Below are positions 1 through 11,900 of a stretch of 64,000 nucleotides of DNA, in pieces. Origin of the DNA: Klebsormidium nitens (lineage: Eukaryota > Plantae > Klebsormidiophyceae); assembly GCA_000708835.1 (NCBI GenBank), contig DF237027.1, forward strand, positions 169,188 through 233,187, given 5' to 3'. Within the stretch, counting starts at the first letter, position 1, and every line of letters begins with the position of its first letter. Below the pieces are notes generated by a model. It made no database searches, was not told where the DNA came from, and saw only the letters and a list, made by a program, of their open reading frames with translations. The position numbers were made by a program, and so were the translations under genes.

Positions 1-186
1 TGTGAGAGACCAGAAAGCGCAGCGCAGTGTGGTCAGGGGTTTTTCCACCATAACAAAGCTTAAGCCTAGGTACCCGCTCCTCATTGGGCAGGGAGATCAA
101 AGAAGTTTCTTGACGGTGTCAGATTCGTAGTCCCAGCTTGTATAGCCCAATTTCCGGTCCAACCATTTCTCGATCCACATGCAGCG

Positions 187-625
187 TTACTGGCGTAATA
201 CTTGTATGTGCTGGCGGACGAAGGATTTTTTGCTTTTTTGCTTTTTGATTGAACCTGACCAGATGTATTGAAAGTCGAGCCTAAGCCTCTGAGTACAAGC
301 TTTTTGAGCTTTTCGAAAGGGATTCACTACGGCGTCAGCATCTATGCGTAGCATGTATTTGTAGTCAGCAGATGCGGATACCCTGGATCTTTGTATTATT
401 AATCGCAATCAATCATTACGAACGAAGTCCTTCAGCGAAATTGAATTGAGGGGAGGCTATGAAAGTCATTGTGACGCCATGCGAGTTGCGGACCAGGCTT
501 GAATGCTTCATTATGCTAGCTTTTTCGAGCCACAGCTTCGGGCGATTGGGGGGGTCAACATAGTTCGTTTTGATTGGGGTGGTCAACATAGTACGCTTTG
601 ATTGAAGTGAGTCTCTTTGGCTCAA
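187..625 (-). pseudogene. Possible degenerate glycosyltransferase-like fragment (DxD motif)
   Basis: Two stop-separated minus-strand ORFs give RPKLWLEKASIMKHSSLVR and DYKYMLRIDADAVVNP. This resembles the W..K and Y[LI]x[WR]xDAD pattern of GT-A/GT34-type enzymes. The region is broken by stops and a 28-bp duplication. Family assignment is a weak resemblance only. Confidence 0.25.
544..604. repeat. 28-bp tandem duplication (2 copies plus a partial)
   Basis: gattgggggggtcaacatagttcgtttt (544-571) and gattggggtggtcaacatagtacgcttt (572-599), 3 mismatches, followed by gattg. Confidence 0.9.
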
Positions 626-1559
626 TTCACAGGTACCATGATGCAGTACATGGGGATGCCGACGTCAGCCTTTGGGAGAATGGGGCACTGACGCGCAAGG
701 CCCTTCTCCGAGTCGGCCACTACTTGCCTGCGCAATTGGCAGCAGGGTCTGGAACACCAACACAGGACGACACGACTCCTCACGAAGGTCAGTACTTTTC
801 CGACCTTCGTCACTTGTGCCCGTCTGTGGACCAACAAATGGACGGTTTTTATTGGGCCAGAGATAAACATTTATCAACTATTTCGTGAGAATCAGACCTC
901 GGACACTCCCAAGTTGAACAAGAGTTGAGGTCATTGACGGAGTGAAGGTCGGCCAGATTGCCTTACGGCTCAGCAATGGAACCTCAAGCAATTGGCTTCA
1001 CAACTAGTATGGGACTTCAATCTGCTGCAGAGATCAGCGCACCAGAGATAAAGTTGGCACGGACCTTAGAAAAAGAAAAAGAAAAGCTGACGTTGTTTCA
1101 GGTGACGTTAAACTGGTTGACACTGATGTCACTAACTCAGACTCATGGTTTCACACCAGTTCATTATCTCGTACTTCCGGCCAGCCAATGATCAACTGAG
1201 GCGACCACAACGCCTTCATTAGCTGCAAATGCGTCAAGAAAAATTGCAAGACTTCACATTAAAAGATCTCGCTAGTACTCCCAATGAAAGTGGGCGAGTC
1301 ACTTGTCTCGTACTTACTGGTTGACCTCTTTCGCTGCTCAAGCATATGTGCAACTTCGAGCTAAGTTCTCTAAAGAGCTTCGGAGCTTGGCTCTATCACA
1401 GCGATGTGGTCGTTTGAACTACTTCCTTTGTGGGCGCAGTTTGTGTGCGCATGATCTCGGGTCCAGTGACGTGACGAACACATAAAAGGACCCAGCGAGT
1501 CGGTTCAAAGTCACAGCTCAGCTGCATCGAAGAATCATGTGGGCGCCAACAAAGAAGTC

Positions 1560-3020
1560 ATGACTTCTCGTGCAGGACGCCCTACCCTGACGTTCCACGT
1601 GCTCTTCCTCGAGTACGTGAGGCGCCAGGAAGGAGGGGACACGGCCAGAGCGGCGACTTTGGCTACGGTTGCGGACATGGATTGTGATGCGGGGACGGTG
1701 CAGCAGTTCAAGGGGGTTTGGGACGTGGTGGTCGTGGTTCTCGGCGCGCTCGACCTTTCGGACTTGGAGAAAGTTCGTGAGATTGGGAGCGAATATGAAA
1801 CCTACCTCCGAACCAATGGTGGGGATTACAAGACGGCAAAAGCGGTGCTTGAGAGCGGTCTTGAGATACTGGGGACGGGTCCGCGGGGTTGGAGGTGGAG
1901 GCTCGATCTTGCAGATGCCCTGGATTCGTTGGGGGTTTACAATCGTGCTGTGGAGATTGTTGAGGCTGTGGTCAAGGAACTAGAGCGCAGAGACGCACCT
2001 CCTCCTCCTGTCAAAAGAGTCCGAAAGAACAGCTGCAAATGGTGGCTTCCTTGCTTTAGTGGGCAGGGCGAGACCCCGGATCTAGAAGCTGATGACAAGC
2101 ATGACGCCGTGGTCTTTCAAGGAGGAGCAGACTTGGCAAACACTAGTCTGGATCTGGCAGGAGCGTGGAATGTGCAAGCGTCTATCTACAACAGACAAGG
2201 GAGGCGTGCAGAAGCGCTTCTGCTGTACGAGCAAAGCCTGCGTGTCAAGGAGAAGGCTGTAGACCCGGACCACCTCGATGTTGCCGCCACGCTGAACGAC
2301 ATGGCAGGTGTACTCGTGAAGCAAGGCAGGTTAGGCGAGGCACTGCCACTGTACCAGCGGGCTCTTTCCATCTTTGAGAAGGCTCAAGGACCGGATCACC
2401 CCAGCGTGGCCACCACGTTGAACAACATGGCGGGCCTGCTCTACTGTCAAGGCAAATACGATGATGCGCTGCCGATGTACCAGCGGAGCCTGCGCATCGA
2501 CGAGAAGGCTCTGGGCCCGGAGCACCCCGACGTGGCCGCCTCGTTGAACAACATAGCGATCCTGCTCACAAACCAGGGCAAACACGAGGAGGCGCTGCCG
2601 ATGTACCAGCGAAGCCTGCGCATCGAGGAGAAGGCTTTGGGCCCGAAGCACCCCCACGTGGCCACCACGTTGCACAACATGGCGAGCTTACTCAACGACC
2701 AAGGCAGATACGAGGAGGCCCTTCCGCTATATGAAAGGGCGCTTGCAATCGAAGAGAAGGCACTCGGTTCGGAACACCCTGAGGTAGCCACCACGTTGAA
2801 CAACATGGGGTCCGTGCTTTTCAACCAAGGCAGGTACGAGGAGGCGGTGCCACTGTACAAGAGGGCGCTCGAGATCCGGAAGAAGGCGCTGGGCCTCGAG
2901 CATCCCGACACAACGACCTCGAGGTCTAACTTGGAGGACGCCGAGCGAAAGGTGCGTCACCGGCTTCGTTTGGATGCCTCCGATTTGATGAAAGTTGGAT
3001 GCTTTGTATCCAGTGGTTGA
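1560..3020 (+). CDS. Tetratricopeptide repeat protein (kinesin-light-chain-type 42-aa TPR array)
   Basis: Uninterrupted ORF, first ATG at 1560. About six 42-aa repeats of consensus HPxVAxTLNNMAxLLxxQGxYxEALPxYxRALxIxEKALGxx (~2150-2940). A possible donor AAG|gtgcgt at 2952 means the last few codons are uncertain. Confidence 0.85.
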   Translation: MTSRAGRPTLTFHVLFLEYVRRQEGGDTARAATLATVADMDCDAGTVQQFKGVWDVVVVVLGALDLSDLEKVREIGSEYETYLRTNGGDYKTAKAVLESGLEILGTGPRGWRWRLDLADALDSLGVYNRAVEIVEAVVKELERRDAPPPPVKRVRKNSCKWWLPCFSGQGETPDLEADDKHDAVVFQGGADLANTSLDLAGAWNVQASIYNRQGRRAEALLLYEQSLRVKEKAVDPDHLDVAATLNDMAGVLVKQGRLGEALPLYQRALSIFEKAQGPDHPSVATTLNNMAGLLYCQGKYDDALPMYQRSLRIDEKALGPEHPDVAASLNNIAILLTNQGKHEEALPMYQRSLRIEEKALGPKHPHVATTLHNMASLLNDQGRYEEALPLYERALAIEEKALGSEHPEVATTLNNMGSVLFNQGRYEEAVPLYKRALEIRKKALGLEHPDTTTSRSNLEDAERKVRHRLRLDASDLMKVGCFVSSG

Positions 3021-4543
3021 TGATACGAGCATTCGAAGGATGGACTTCAGCTTTTCATGACTTCGATTTTCCCTCTGTTTTTGAAAGCCGAGGGCGAGGC
3101 ATTCACCGGAGGCAAGCGTGGAGCAGCCCTTATGCTCCGCGTAGGGGCGTACCTGGTTCTGAAAAGCCTGCGCAAAGCCTGTTGAGCAATCTGCGTTTTT
3201 ATTGCGAACCTGTGCGTCTCGAAGTCAAGGTCTTAAAAGTTGCGTGCTCAAAATATGCGCCAAAAGGAGTGGTTGCTGGCCAGGTTCGTCGACCAGACTT
3301 TAGATTTTCGTTCAGCGGGGACGGCGTTGGCTGACTCGTTCCCCGGTTGATATTCGAGGCTGCCAGATGCCGTTACATCACCGTATCTTGTACGACTTTC
3401 GCCGAACAAGCCACGTTTGCCTCGAAGTGCGTTCTTAGTCGAGAGCTTACATCATTCCTGCAGTCTGATGGTGGATTGGTAGTTGCAAGCTCGCTGATCG
3501 TTCACAAACCCAGATGTTCTCAACGTCGAAGGTTTCCACTCAAAAGCAGACCGGCCCATGCATCTGCGTCGGCGATCAACGAGGCTTCCCGCTGATATCA
3601 GCGTTTATGATTGTCGAGTCTTCGCTTGGTCTTCCTTCTGTTTCTAGCTACCTTGTCACTCTAAGTCCATTCTCTTTCTGACTGCAGTTGGCTGCGGTGC
3701 GCACGGACCAGGGGATGGGGTCGTCGGTCCGCGAGGATATTGCGGAAAGCAACACTTCGAATTCGGGGGCTCACGAGAACGTCGTTAGTCAGGAGCTTAC
3801 TTTGAATGATCTTTGAGAGGCCTGTCGCGCCTCGAGTTGTGTAGTCAAATGCATCAAAGCCAGATGCCTTACTGTTGCGCACCATTTCCGAAGCCCACCC
3901 GATCTGTGTACTCCGAGTCGTTTTGGTCGTGTATACGAGGTTAACAGGAACTCGTGTTGAGCCTAGGAAGGAAGAAGGTGGCGAGAGTTTGGCGAAGCGA
4001 TTAATTGATTGACTGCTCCGCCGTTATGATTCTCAAAGGGTGCCACGTCTTGCGAACTGTTCTTAAACGTTCCCAATCGACTTCGACAATCATGTGTATA
4101 GTTTTGAACCCCATCTGCTTTTCCAATGGAGTGCAACCATGAGAACATTGATTCGTCATGCATACTAAATCAGCGGTGTGGGCCTCGAATGAGGCCAAAG
4201 CATTGAACATGCATCTGTTCTTGCTTCCTGAATTCCCCGGGCAATTCCATGATGCAAATATGTTTCGCTATATGTGAGTCAGCTTGTGAAGGCTGCCAGG
4301 TCCAGCTTCATTAGGGCATTGAGGTGTGGTTGGAAGTTCGCCGTACGGCCGGCGCCCCTCATGACTCTTAATGCAGCAGAGCGACCTGAGACCTGTCCGA
4401 TCGAGAAACAGCGATTCAGATCCGAACGTGTGATGCATGTCACCGTTCAGAATGCCGCCCAGCTTGAGTGCGTCAGGCTTAACAAGCTGCCGCACGGGCT
4501 GGCCACTTCAGAGAGTCAGTATACTTAGAACAGAGCGGAGCCC

Positions 4544-4629
4544 GAGGCGCGCACGCGGCCGCGCCGTCCAGGACCGAGGCCGCCTGAGTACGGTCTTCTA
4601 TCTGGACGGCGCGGCCGCATCTGCGCCTC
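4544..4629. repeat. GC-rich inverted repeat / hairpin
   Basis: Perfect 17-bp arms gcggccgcgccgtccag (4555-4571) and ctggacggcgcggccgc (4602-4618). Outer arms gaggcgc (4544-4550) and gcgcctc (4623-4629). Inner gaccg/cggtc pair. Confidence 0.9.
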
Positions 4630-6036
4630 AGTAGCTGCATATAGTAGTCAGCATTTTGAAGTTAACAATAAAACCCGGCGCGGGCTGCTCGGCGTCGACT
4701 CTCTCGGGGACCACTAGGTCCTACTCGCGCAAAGCGCTGCTCGGTCGCAGTTGCAGGATTCTGAATGGCGCAGGCATGCGGTTCTCCAATCAGCACCGCT
4801 TTGGGATTGGGAAGGTTGGAGAGCGATTGAGCAGCAGAAGAAGTTTGACGGGCTGCACAAAGCTGCCGGCAAAGGTGACAGTTGCTAGAGCTGTACTATA
4901 TCAATCTTGCGCTTCTGAATTGAGGGCGGCCGAGGCGTCACCAATATCTCCACCTTCTAATCTTGATGCTCTGCCGTTTGCACATCCGTTCACCAATCCC
5001 TGTCGTTGTATGGGTTCTCAAGACATTTCCTAACAATTTGAATTGTCTCTCCGTCTCCTGCTGCCTTTCTTTCAGACGCCTGCTCCACCAGCAGTTCCAG
5101 CATGCCACCAAATTCAGCTCGCAAAAAGTAAATACACGATTCCGGTAAGTGAAGTTCGCGCGCCAACATGTACTCGCAACGCTTTTAAGCACTTTTACTC
5201 CCGGGCCGGGTCCCTCAGAACGTTGCAGTAAAGTCAGCTTCAATCTCAAAGATGGGTAAACGTGTGATCCGTTCAACTTGTTTTTGTTCACCATTTTCCC
5301 CTAAGTTGCACTAGATTCACCACGTAAAGTCAAAGGGAAGCTGACGCTTTAGTGGAGCAGGTGTAGTCTGGACTTTGATGATGGAGCCTGCAGATGAGAG
5401 CTGCCAATGCTTGCATGTCGCTCTACTCGGATCCAGTCATGATATAGCATCTTCTAGTTGCAGATTGCTATCTGCAATTACGAAAATGAGAAGGGAAGCC
5501 GAAAACGTGACAACAGGGGTGCACAGGATGCCCACAGCAGCTCGCAGGTAGGATCGTTTCCACTCCTTCTTCGCGTTTGTCAAATCAGCATTCAGCAATT
5601 TAAGTTATGTGCAAGGGAACTGTCTTACTTCAGGCACAGACGTTCCTCTGCGTTTCTACATCTTCAAGAAGTATTCCAGGTAAACCAAAAGACTTCCTTC
5701 TGCTGGTTGTATGTAAGATCTCATACACCGCTCTAGATTAGGATGAGGATGCCTGCTCAGTCGCGCTCTGGAGGATGAGAACCCACAAATGCCAAAATCG
5801 GACCGGACGTCCTTTCTCAAATACGGTGGGCTGGCATCAACTCAGAAAGTAATTCACTTGAATGAAAGAATGCATATTGTTCGTGAAACGAAGTCACTGT
5901 CGGTAGGGCGTACGCCGTATACCCCGTCTTCTCATTGTATGTGAATTATAAGAACGGAAACCTTGGGACAGGATTTTTACTTTTCTGCGTCTTACATCGC
6001 CATTCTCGGCTTGACACGTGTCACTTCTCTGCGCAG

Positions 6037-7554
6037 GGAACTTTCGCATCCGATCAGATGACGTTCGCACTGCGTCACAGAGTGACCTCCCCCAGCTCTC
6101 GCGGCTGGCAGTCCAAGCAATCTCTCAAGTCCAGCATGGTCTCGTCGACGCACTCAGAACCAGAATCGAGAAGAACAGCGGAGCTCCGGCGGAAGACTGG
6201 CCGGAACGACCCCCGCCGGATCTCAAACACCGGATGTCGATCTCGAAAACCATAGAACGACAGGCAAAGAAGATTTTCCAGGCCGCCGAGCAGTGCACAT
6301 CCGTCGAGCAGAAGGCGCACGAGCTGTGCCATTGCTACGCCGCGCTGCGTCTGTGTTGCTCCGAGCTGCACTACGAGATTGAGCAATCCGCTGAGGAGGC
6401 GGAATTCTGGCGGAACGAAACCCGGGGGCTCGCGGAGGTGCGGCTGCAGGAGGCGCGAGAGGAAGCTGCGGAGGCCGAAAAGAGGGTACGTGGACCAACT
6501 GTTGAAGTCTTTCACTTTTTCAGGATCCGCTTCCAGCCGGATCGACTGTAAGGCTTGACGGTGGTTACGAAGGCAGTGAGCTTCGGTCATATGCTTGTCG
6601 ACCGCCGCTGCAGATGAGCCGACGCCTTCGCGTTTTGTGTCCGAAAGCTGTAGTTATTGTGTCTGAAAGCCTTCAAAAGCTCTAGGAGCCTCGTCGTTCT
6701 GGCACGCTCTCAGTCAATAGGCGGCGGTTCCAAACATCTGTGCGCGTTTGACGTTGATATCTTGGCTCACAATCTTAAACGGTGCATAAATTTCGATCTG
6801 GAATGCGAATTTCAGATCGTTTAGATCTGGGAAACGAAGTAGAGATTTTGTGTCCTACTTGGAACTGGTACTCTCAGCCCGCACAACAATCATCAGATAA
6901 TTTCTCAGGACATCGGCGTCTTCGTCACGACCTGATTACCTGATATCCTAAGCTCTCTCTGAACTTTTCTTTCGTCGAGCGAACGGCCCCCTGTTTTAGG
7001 CGGTTTGGCCACTTTCGACGACACGTGGCATCTCGATTTCCTTTTGGGGTAAGCACCTGGGCCGGCCCACGACGGGCCTCACACATTCCCAGACTGAAGC
7101 AATCCAAGAATGGCAGAAGGCCGTGAAGTCAGTTTCCGCTTTGCAAGACAAAATCATTCACCTCATCGAGCTCGAGCGCTCAGGCGAAGAAGAGGAGACC
7201 AACGACGAGATCTGGGTCGACTCAGACGGAGAATTGCAGATTCGATGGCGAAAGGAACTGAGCAAGAAGAGTAGCCGGTTCTTTTGGACAGGCATCGACA
7301 AAAAAGTCAATAGGGTTGGCTGGCCGTGGCTGCCAAAGGGAGTGACCGTTTCCGAGGAGCGCAAGGCTGCCGTTATGGAGGAAGCGTTCCGTGAGATGCG
7401 CGAGGTCTACGAAGGCTTGCAGCGCGAGCTCGCGCGCTCGGCGGCTGAAGCGGAGAGCTTGCGCAGGGCTGCGCCAGAAACGTGGAACGTGGGGGATCCA
7501 GTAACGAATGAGGGAGGGCAGGTTGAAGTCGAAAATGATCAAGCAGGAGAGTGA
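6037..7554 (+). CDS. Uncharacterised all-helical two-domain protein, paralogue A (5' exons unresolved)
   Basis: Exon ~6037-6485 (acceptor gcgcag, donor AGG|gtacgt) encodes DLKHRM...LRLCCSELHYEIEQSAEEAEFWR. The second exon (start ~7000 or 7093, stop 7554) encodes EERKAAVMEEAFREMREVYEGLQRELARSAAEAE. Both align with the paralogues at 38-43 kb. Confidence 0.6.
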
Positions 7555-8995
7555 AGACTAAATGGTTCTGACTGCCATTGCGAGACAGAGGGAAACGAAC
7601 AATATAAATTTAGACTTGTGATCCTCTTCGTGATTTCTCTGCCAACGTCCGGGATGCATGCTGTGAGAGCGAGTACATATTTTTATCACAGTATTTGCGA
7701 ACCGTACTTAGTACACAACTTGGCCAGGGTCCGACCTGTGCTATGCTGCCGCAGTACTGTACTCGGTCACAATTCTCCGACAACGTTGGACTAGGTATTT
7801 AGGCGGACCCTTGTCGGCAATCAATCGAAGGCAGTATTGGCGGGCTGTTGAGCTCGGGCTGAACACTGGGTGCATGTCATCATGCGTGACGGCCGGCCGG
7901 GCCGGCCGCACATGCATGGCACGGGCCGCAAAAAATGATTTTGGTTGAGGCAAACGGTGCATACATCTCGTTTACGATATCGAAATGGTTGAGCTTAGGA
8001 ACTTCACTGCATGTTTGTGAGGCTCGCTGCGCGGCATCCACAGCCACAGTAGTGATTTGCATGACTAGCGAACGGAAGTCGAGATAATCTATATACCGCT
8101 TGCAAGCGGATCAAAATTCCCATATATATGTTCCATGGCGCCGGAATCACGATATCATTTGTCCGTCAGGCAAGCAGCTAATATAAAGTCTGCGGATGAC
8201 AATGCACCGGCTCGGCCATACCACATGCGCGTGCCGCAGCTATATTGAATCAAGTAAAGACCGGTAAACATACTTTTTCCTTTGAAGCAACGTATTAGTA
8301 CCGGTAGGTTGTTATCACAGTGACAGAAGCTCATGCATGAATTTTGCATATCTTCAGCTAGCCTGCCTGCCAGCCTGAGCCGCGCGCCCTACATGACCGG
8401 ATTCCGACTCGACACGCAGTCCACGGTACACCACAGAGATTACATCAGCCAATTTATTGGTCGTCTCAGTAGAATGATGAGGCACTGAGCACCAGCCACA
8501 TGTGCATCGGCATGACGCTCAGTTCATCAGTGGCGGCATGATGCAGCAATGCGTAAGCTCAGTGATGCGTGTTTTGTATCCGGTCGCCGTTGCACAGCAC
8601 GCGGCCACAGTGGCAAGGCTGTACTCCGCACAACTTACAGTATGAGCGGGGAGCGATTCACGTATTTTTAGTACAATGCGGAACGCAACTCGACGAATCA
8701 AACCGAAAACCGTATAGCCGAATATGGAAAACTTACAGAGCCAGCTGGCTCGTTGGACTGGCAAGGGATTCAAAAATCTGGCCCTGAGCGAGTCAATCCA
8801 TCTACCTACATGCACAGTCAAGACTTTCACGGCAGTCTCGTCCAATCGACATGAACCATTAGCACGTTCCTCGAGTAGGTTCCATGACAATTCCAACTGA
8901 CACAGCAATCTGCTTTCAAGCGTTAAACCCTCAAACTACTATCCCCAAACCAACCGACCTAAGGTTGACGCCTACGCAGCACCTTCGGCTCCCTT

Positions 8996-11900
8996 TTACC
9001 ACCTGCTGCGCGACCCCCCCCTGGGCTCCTCCCTATCCCGCGACGGATACGCCGACGAACCAGCGGCCCTCCTCGACGGAGGCACGTATCCCCCGGACGG
9101 CCTCTCCCCGTCTGCCGGTCTTGCTGGGGGGGGCGCAGCAGCGGCCGAGTCTGCCCCCGGTCGGCGCAGGTGCGCCGGAACAAACTTGCCGGGTGCAGGG
9201 GCCGGCCGGTCGTCCGAGCGGGCAGGCAACGGCTCGCGGGAAGAGACCGGTTCGCGGGCGCCGCGGGGGCGCCATTTGTCCTCTGATACGGCGGCGGCGG
9301 CAGGGGCGGCCGGTGCGGTGTCGCGATCGCCGGCCGCGGGACGCGGGCGCTCCCAGCGGTCCTCTGAGGGCGCAGCACGGGCGGCAGGCTCTGCTGAAGA
9401 GGGAGGAACAGGTGTGAGATCATGACGGCTTGTTTACCACGGCAGTCTCGGCAGGTTTGATAGCAAGGATGATAGCAAGGAGGCTCAGGAGCAAGAAAAT
9501 ATCAAAGGGCGCCTGAAAAGCCAGCAGGACTGCCAACAGCGTGGGCCACGAGTACGAGGACCAAGTGGAAAAGCCTAGTGATGAGCAGCCCGGCTGCACA
9601 AAGTGTGAAAGACAAACAGAAAAAACCACTGTGCTATGTGAGCATCCCTTCGCCAAGCAATCTCTCGACGCACCACTTTGCGGCGTTCTGTTCCAGCACT
9701 AGATGCACAACCACAATCGTACAAATGGCAGTGAAGAAGCGACTTGTGATTGGCACAACTGCTTGTGTGATCAGACCGCCAGACTACAATCCCCATACGA
9801 AAGTGCAAACCCGAAAATAGCGCCAGCTCCCACCTGGGCCATTCCCCCGCCGGCTGGGCGGCAAGAAGTCAGCACAATTGCTTCAGCCAAATTCCGTTTC
9901 CATTACTTAAACGGAAGTGCAAACACGGATTTGGCGCCAGCTTTGACGTGTGGCCCTGCCCCGCGCCTTGGCAGCACGAACTTGGCCGCCTTTTCTCGCG
10001 CTTCAGACCAATCGCCGAGCCCATGTTTCTCAAATGGCAATCCACACAAAAGTTCCAATCCTCAAAACGGCACTGCCAGAACAAAACTTTAAGCTTTAGA
10101 TATGAACTTAAGCGACAGCTCTCACCTGTGGCCTTCCCGCGCAGGCTGGGCGGCACGAACTTGGCGGGCTTCTCGCGCTCCTCCTTGAGCAGGCGCTCGC
10201 GCTCCTCCTGCGCGCGCCGCTGGGTCTCCGCCTCGCGCTCGCGCTGCCGCGCTGCAATCTCGTCCAGCTTGCGCAGCCGCTCCTCCTCCTCCGCGCGCTT
10301 CTTCTCGTCCTCTGCAACACGCGAGAAGTCGTGAGTCATTGGGTGCAGGTTTGGCCAAGCAACAGAAGGAGAGTGGGCTTCCGAGCAGACTCGTGAGTCA
10401 GCAGTCCAGTCGCTTCTTCTCCCCGCTTCGTGTCCTCCTCTACATCCCCCAAAGCAAAAGCAGGAGGCGTAAGGCTTCCTCTGAAGTGGAATAACAAGAA
10501 TCTATGACCGAAGGTTCCAGCAGCGGAATAACGGACCACCAACCCGCACTTTGCCCGCATGATGGTCCGCCAAAACAGGAACATCAGCAATAACCGGTTC
10601 GTCTCAGAATCAAGCCTACACAAATTCATCACCCAGACCTCAAAAGAAGCGAAATGAACTCGGTCCTCACCTTCGCGCTTGCGCGCCTCCTCCTCCTCCC
10701 GCTCCTTGCGCACGCGCTCCTCCTCCTGGCGCCGATAGTACTCCATCTTGCGCCGCTGCGCACGCTCCTGCTTGCGCAACTCGCGCGCTTCCGCGAGCCG
10801 CTCCTCGCGTTCGCGCTTGAGCCGCTCGAACTCGCCGCGGCGGCGGTCGACGACTTGTTCTTCGAAGGTGCTCTTGTCGCCCAGCATGCGCGTAAGGCGG
10901 TGCTTCTCCTTGAGGTCCTTGGCGTGCTGCTCCTGGCTCTCGCGGGCCAGCTCCTGCGACGATAACGAAGTTCTCTTTAATCCTCAACCGAGACGAGAAA
11001 CGGTATGTCAGGAATAAACAAGAAATGCTTTCCCTTTTCACAATTTTCGCGTGCTGCTCCTGGCTCTCGCAGGAAAGCTCCTAAGGGAGTACGGAAGGTG
11101 AGTGCTTTCCAGACAGCGTGCTCTACCTAAGACCCTTCCTGCGATATCTACTCTGTCAAATGCAGATTCAGACCGTCCAGAACAAACTTGTTTCGACAGT
11201 TGCTGCGGAGAATCTCGGCAAAGGAGAGCTTGTTTTGGGTTGACAGAAAGTGTGTCAAGATATTCAAAACAACGTTTGACGGGGTAAGAGTAGAAAAAGA
11301 TAAGGAAAGAGGGTTCAGGCCTTGATACGAAGTTCGTTGCCTCTTATTGACAAGACACTTGTTTCGAAATTAGCAGCAAGAAGCGCTGCCAATGATGGCC
11401 AAGTATGACACAGGATTGGTGAGTTGTGCTCTTCTTGGCTGAAGCGGACCAACAGTTACGCTGGCTCCTAACCCATATCTCCTGGCTGTGGGTTAAAAAA
11501 CAGTAAGAACTAATCGGATCCGCAGCTCCCGTTGCCACTACAAACTCCCTCCCGGCTCTGAAGTAAAGCTTCTAAGGCATAAATAAGAGAGTCAAGCAAC
11601 AACCCTTACCTCCTGCTGCTGGTTGTAGTAGACCTCGTCGTCCTGCTGGCGCTGCTTGAAGGCCTCGAGCAGCAGCGGGCGCTCGCGCTCGCGCTTGGCG
11701 CGCTCGAAGTAGTCCATGGTCTTGGACAGCTTGCTCAGCTTGCGCTCCAGCTCCTGCCGCTCGCGGATGCTCTCCGTCAGCGCCTCCTCCATCAGCTGAC
11801 GCTTGTTCAGCTTGCCGCCCTCCTGGGAAAGAGGTTGACGACCCGGGAACTCAGCAACGTTGTTAAATCTTGTGAGGCAGTCAAGCTGAGTGAATAGACT

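Noticed and set aside
2082-3032. Overlapping minus-strand and alternative-frame ORFs across the TPR array
   Set aside because: Shadow ORFs produced by GC-rich, periodic TPR codons; no independent features.
3030-4500. Short ORFs (3347-3595, 3661-3885, 3963-4163, 4268-4495) as a decayed gene or retroelement
   Set aside because: No recognisable motif (no RT, RNase H, integrase or transposase signature) and no consistent splice structure.
5520-5680. Possible upstream exons of paralogue A (donors at ~5548 and ~5679)
   Set aside because: Several frames are possible and I could not build a unique phase-consistent model, so they are left unresolved.
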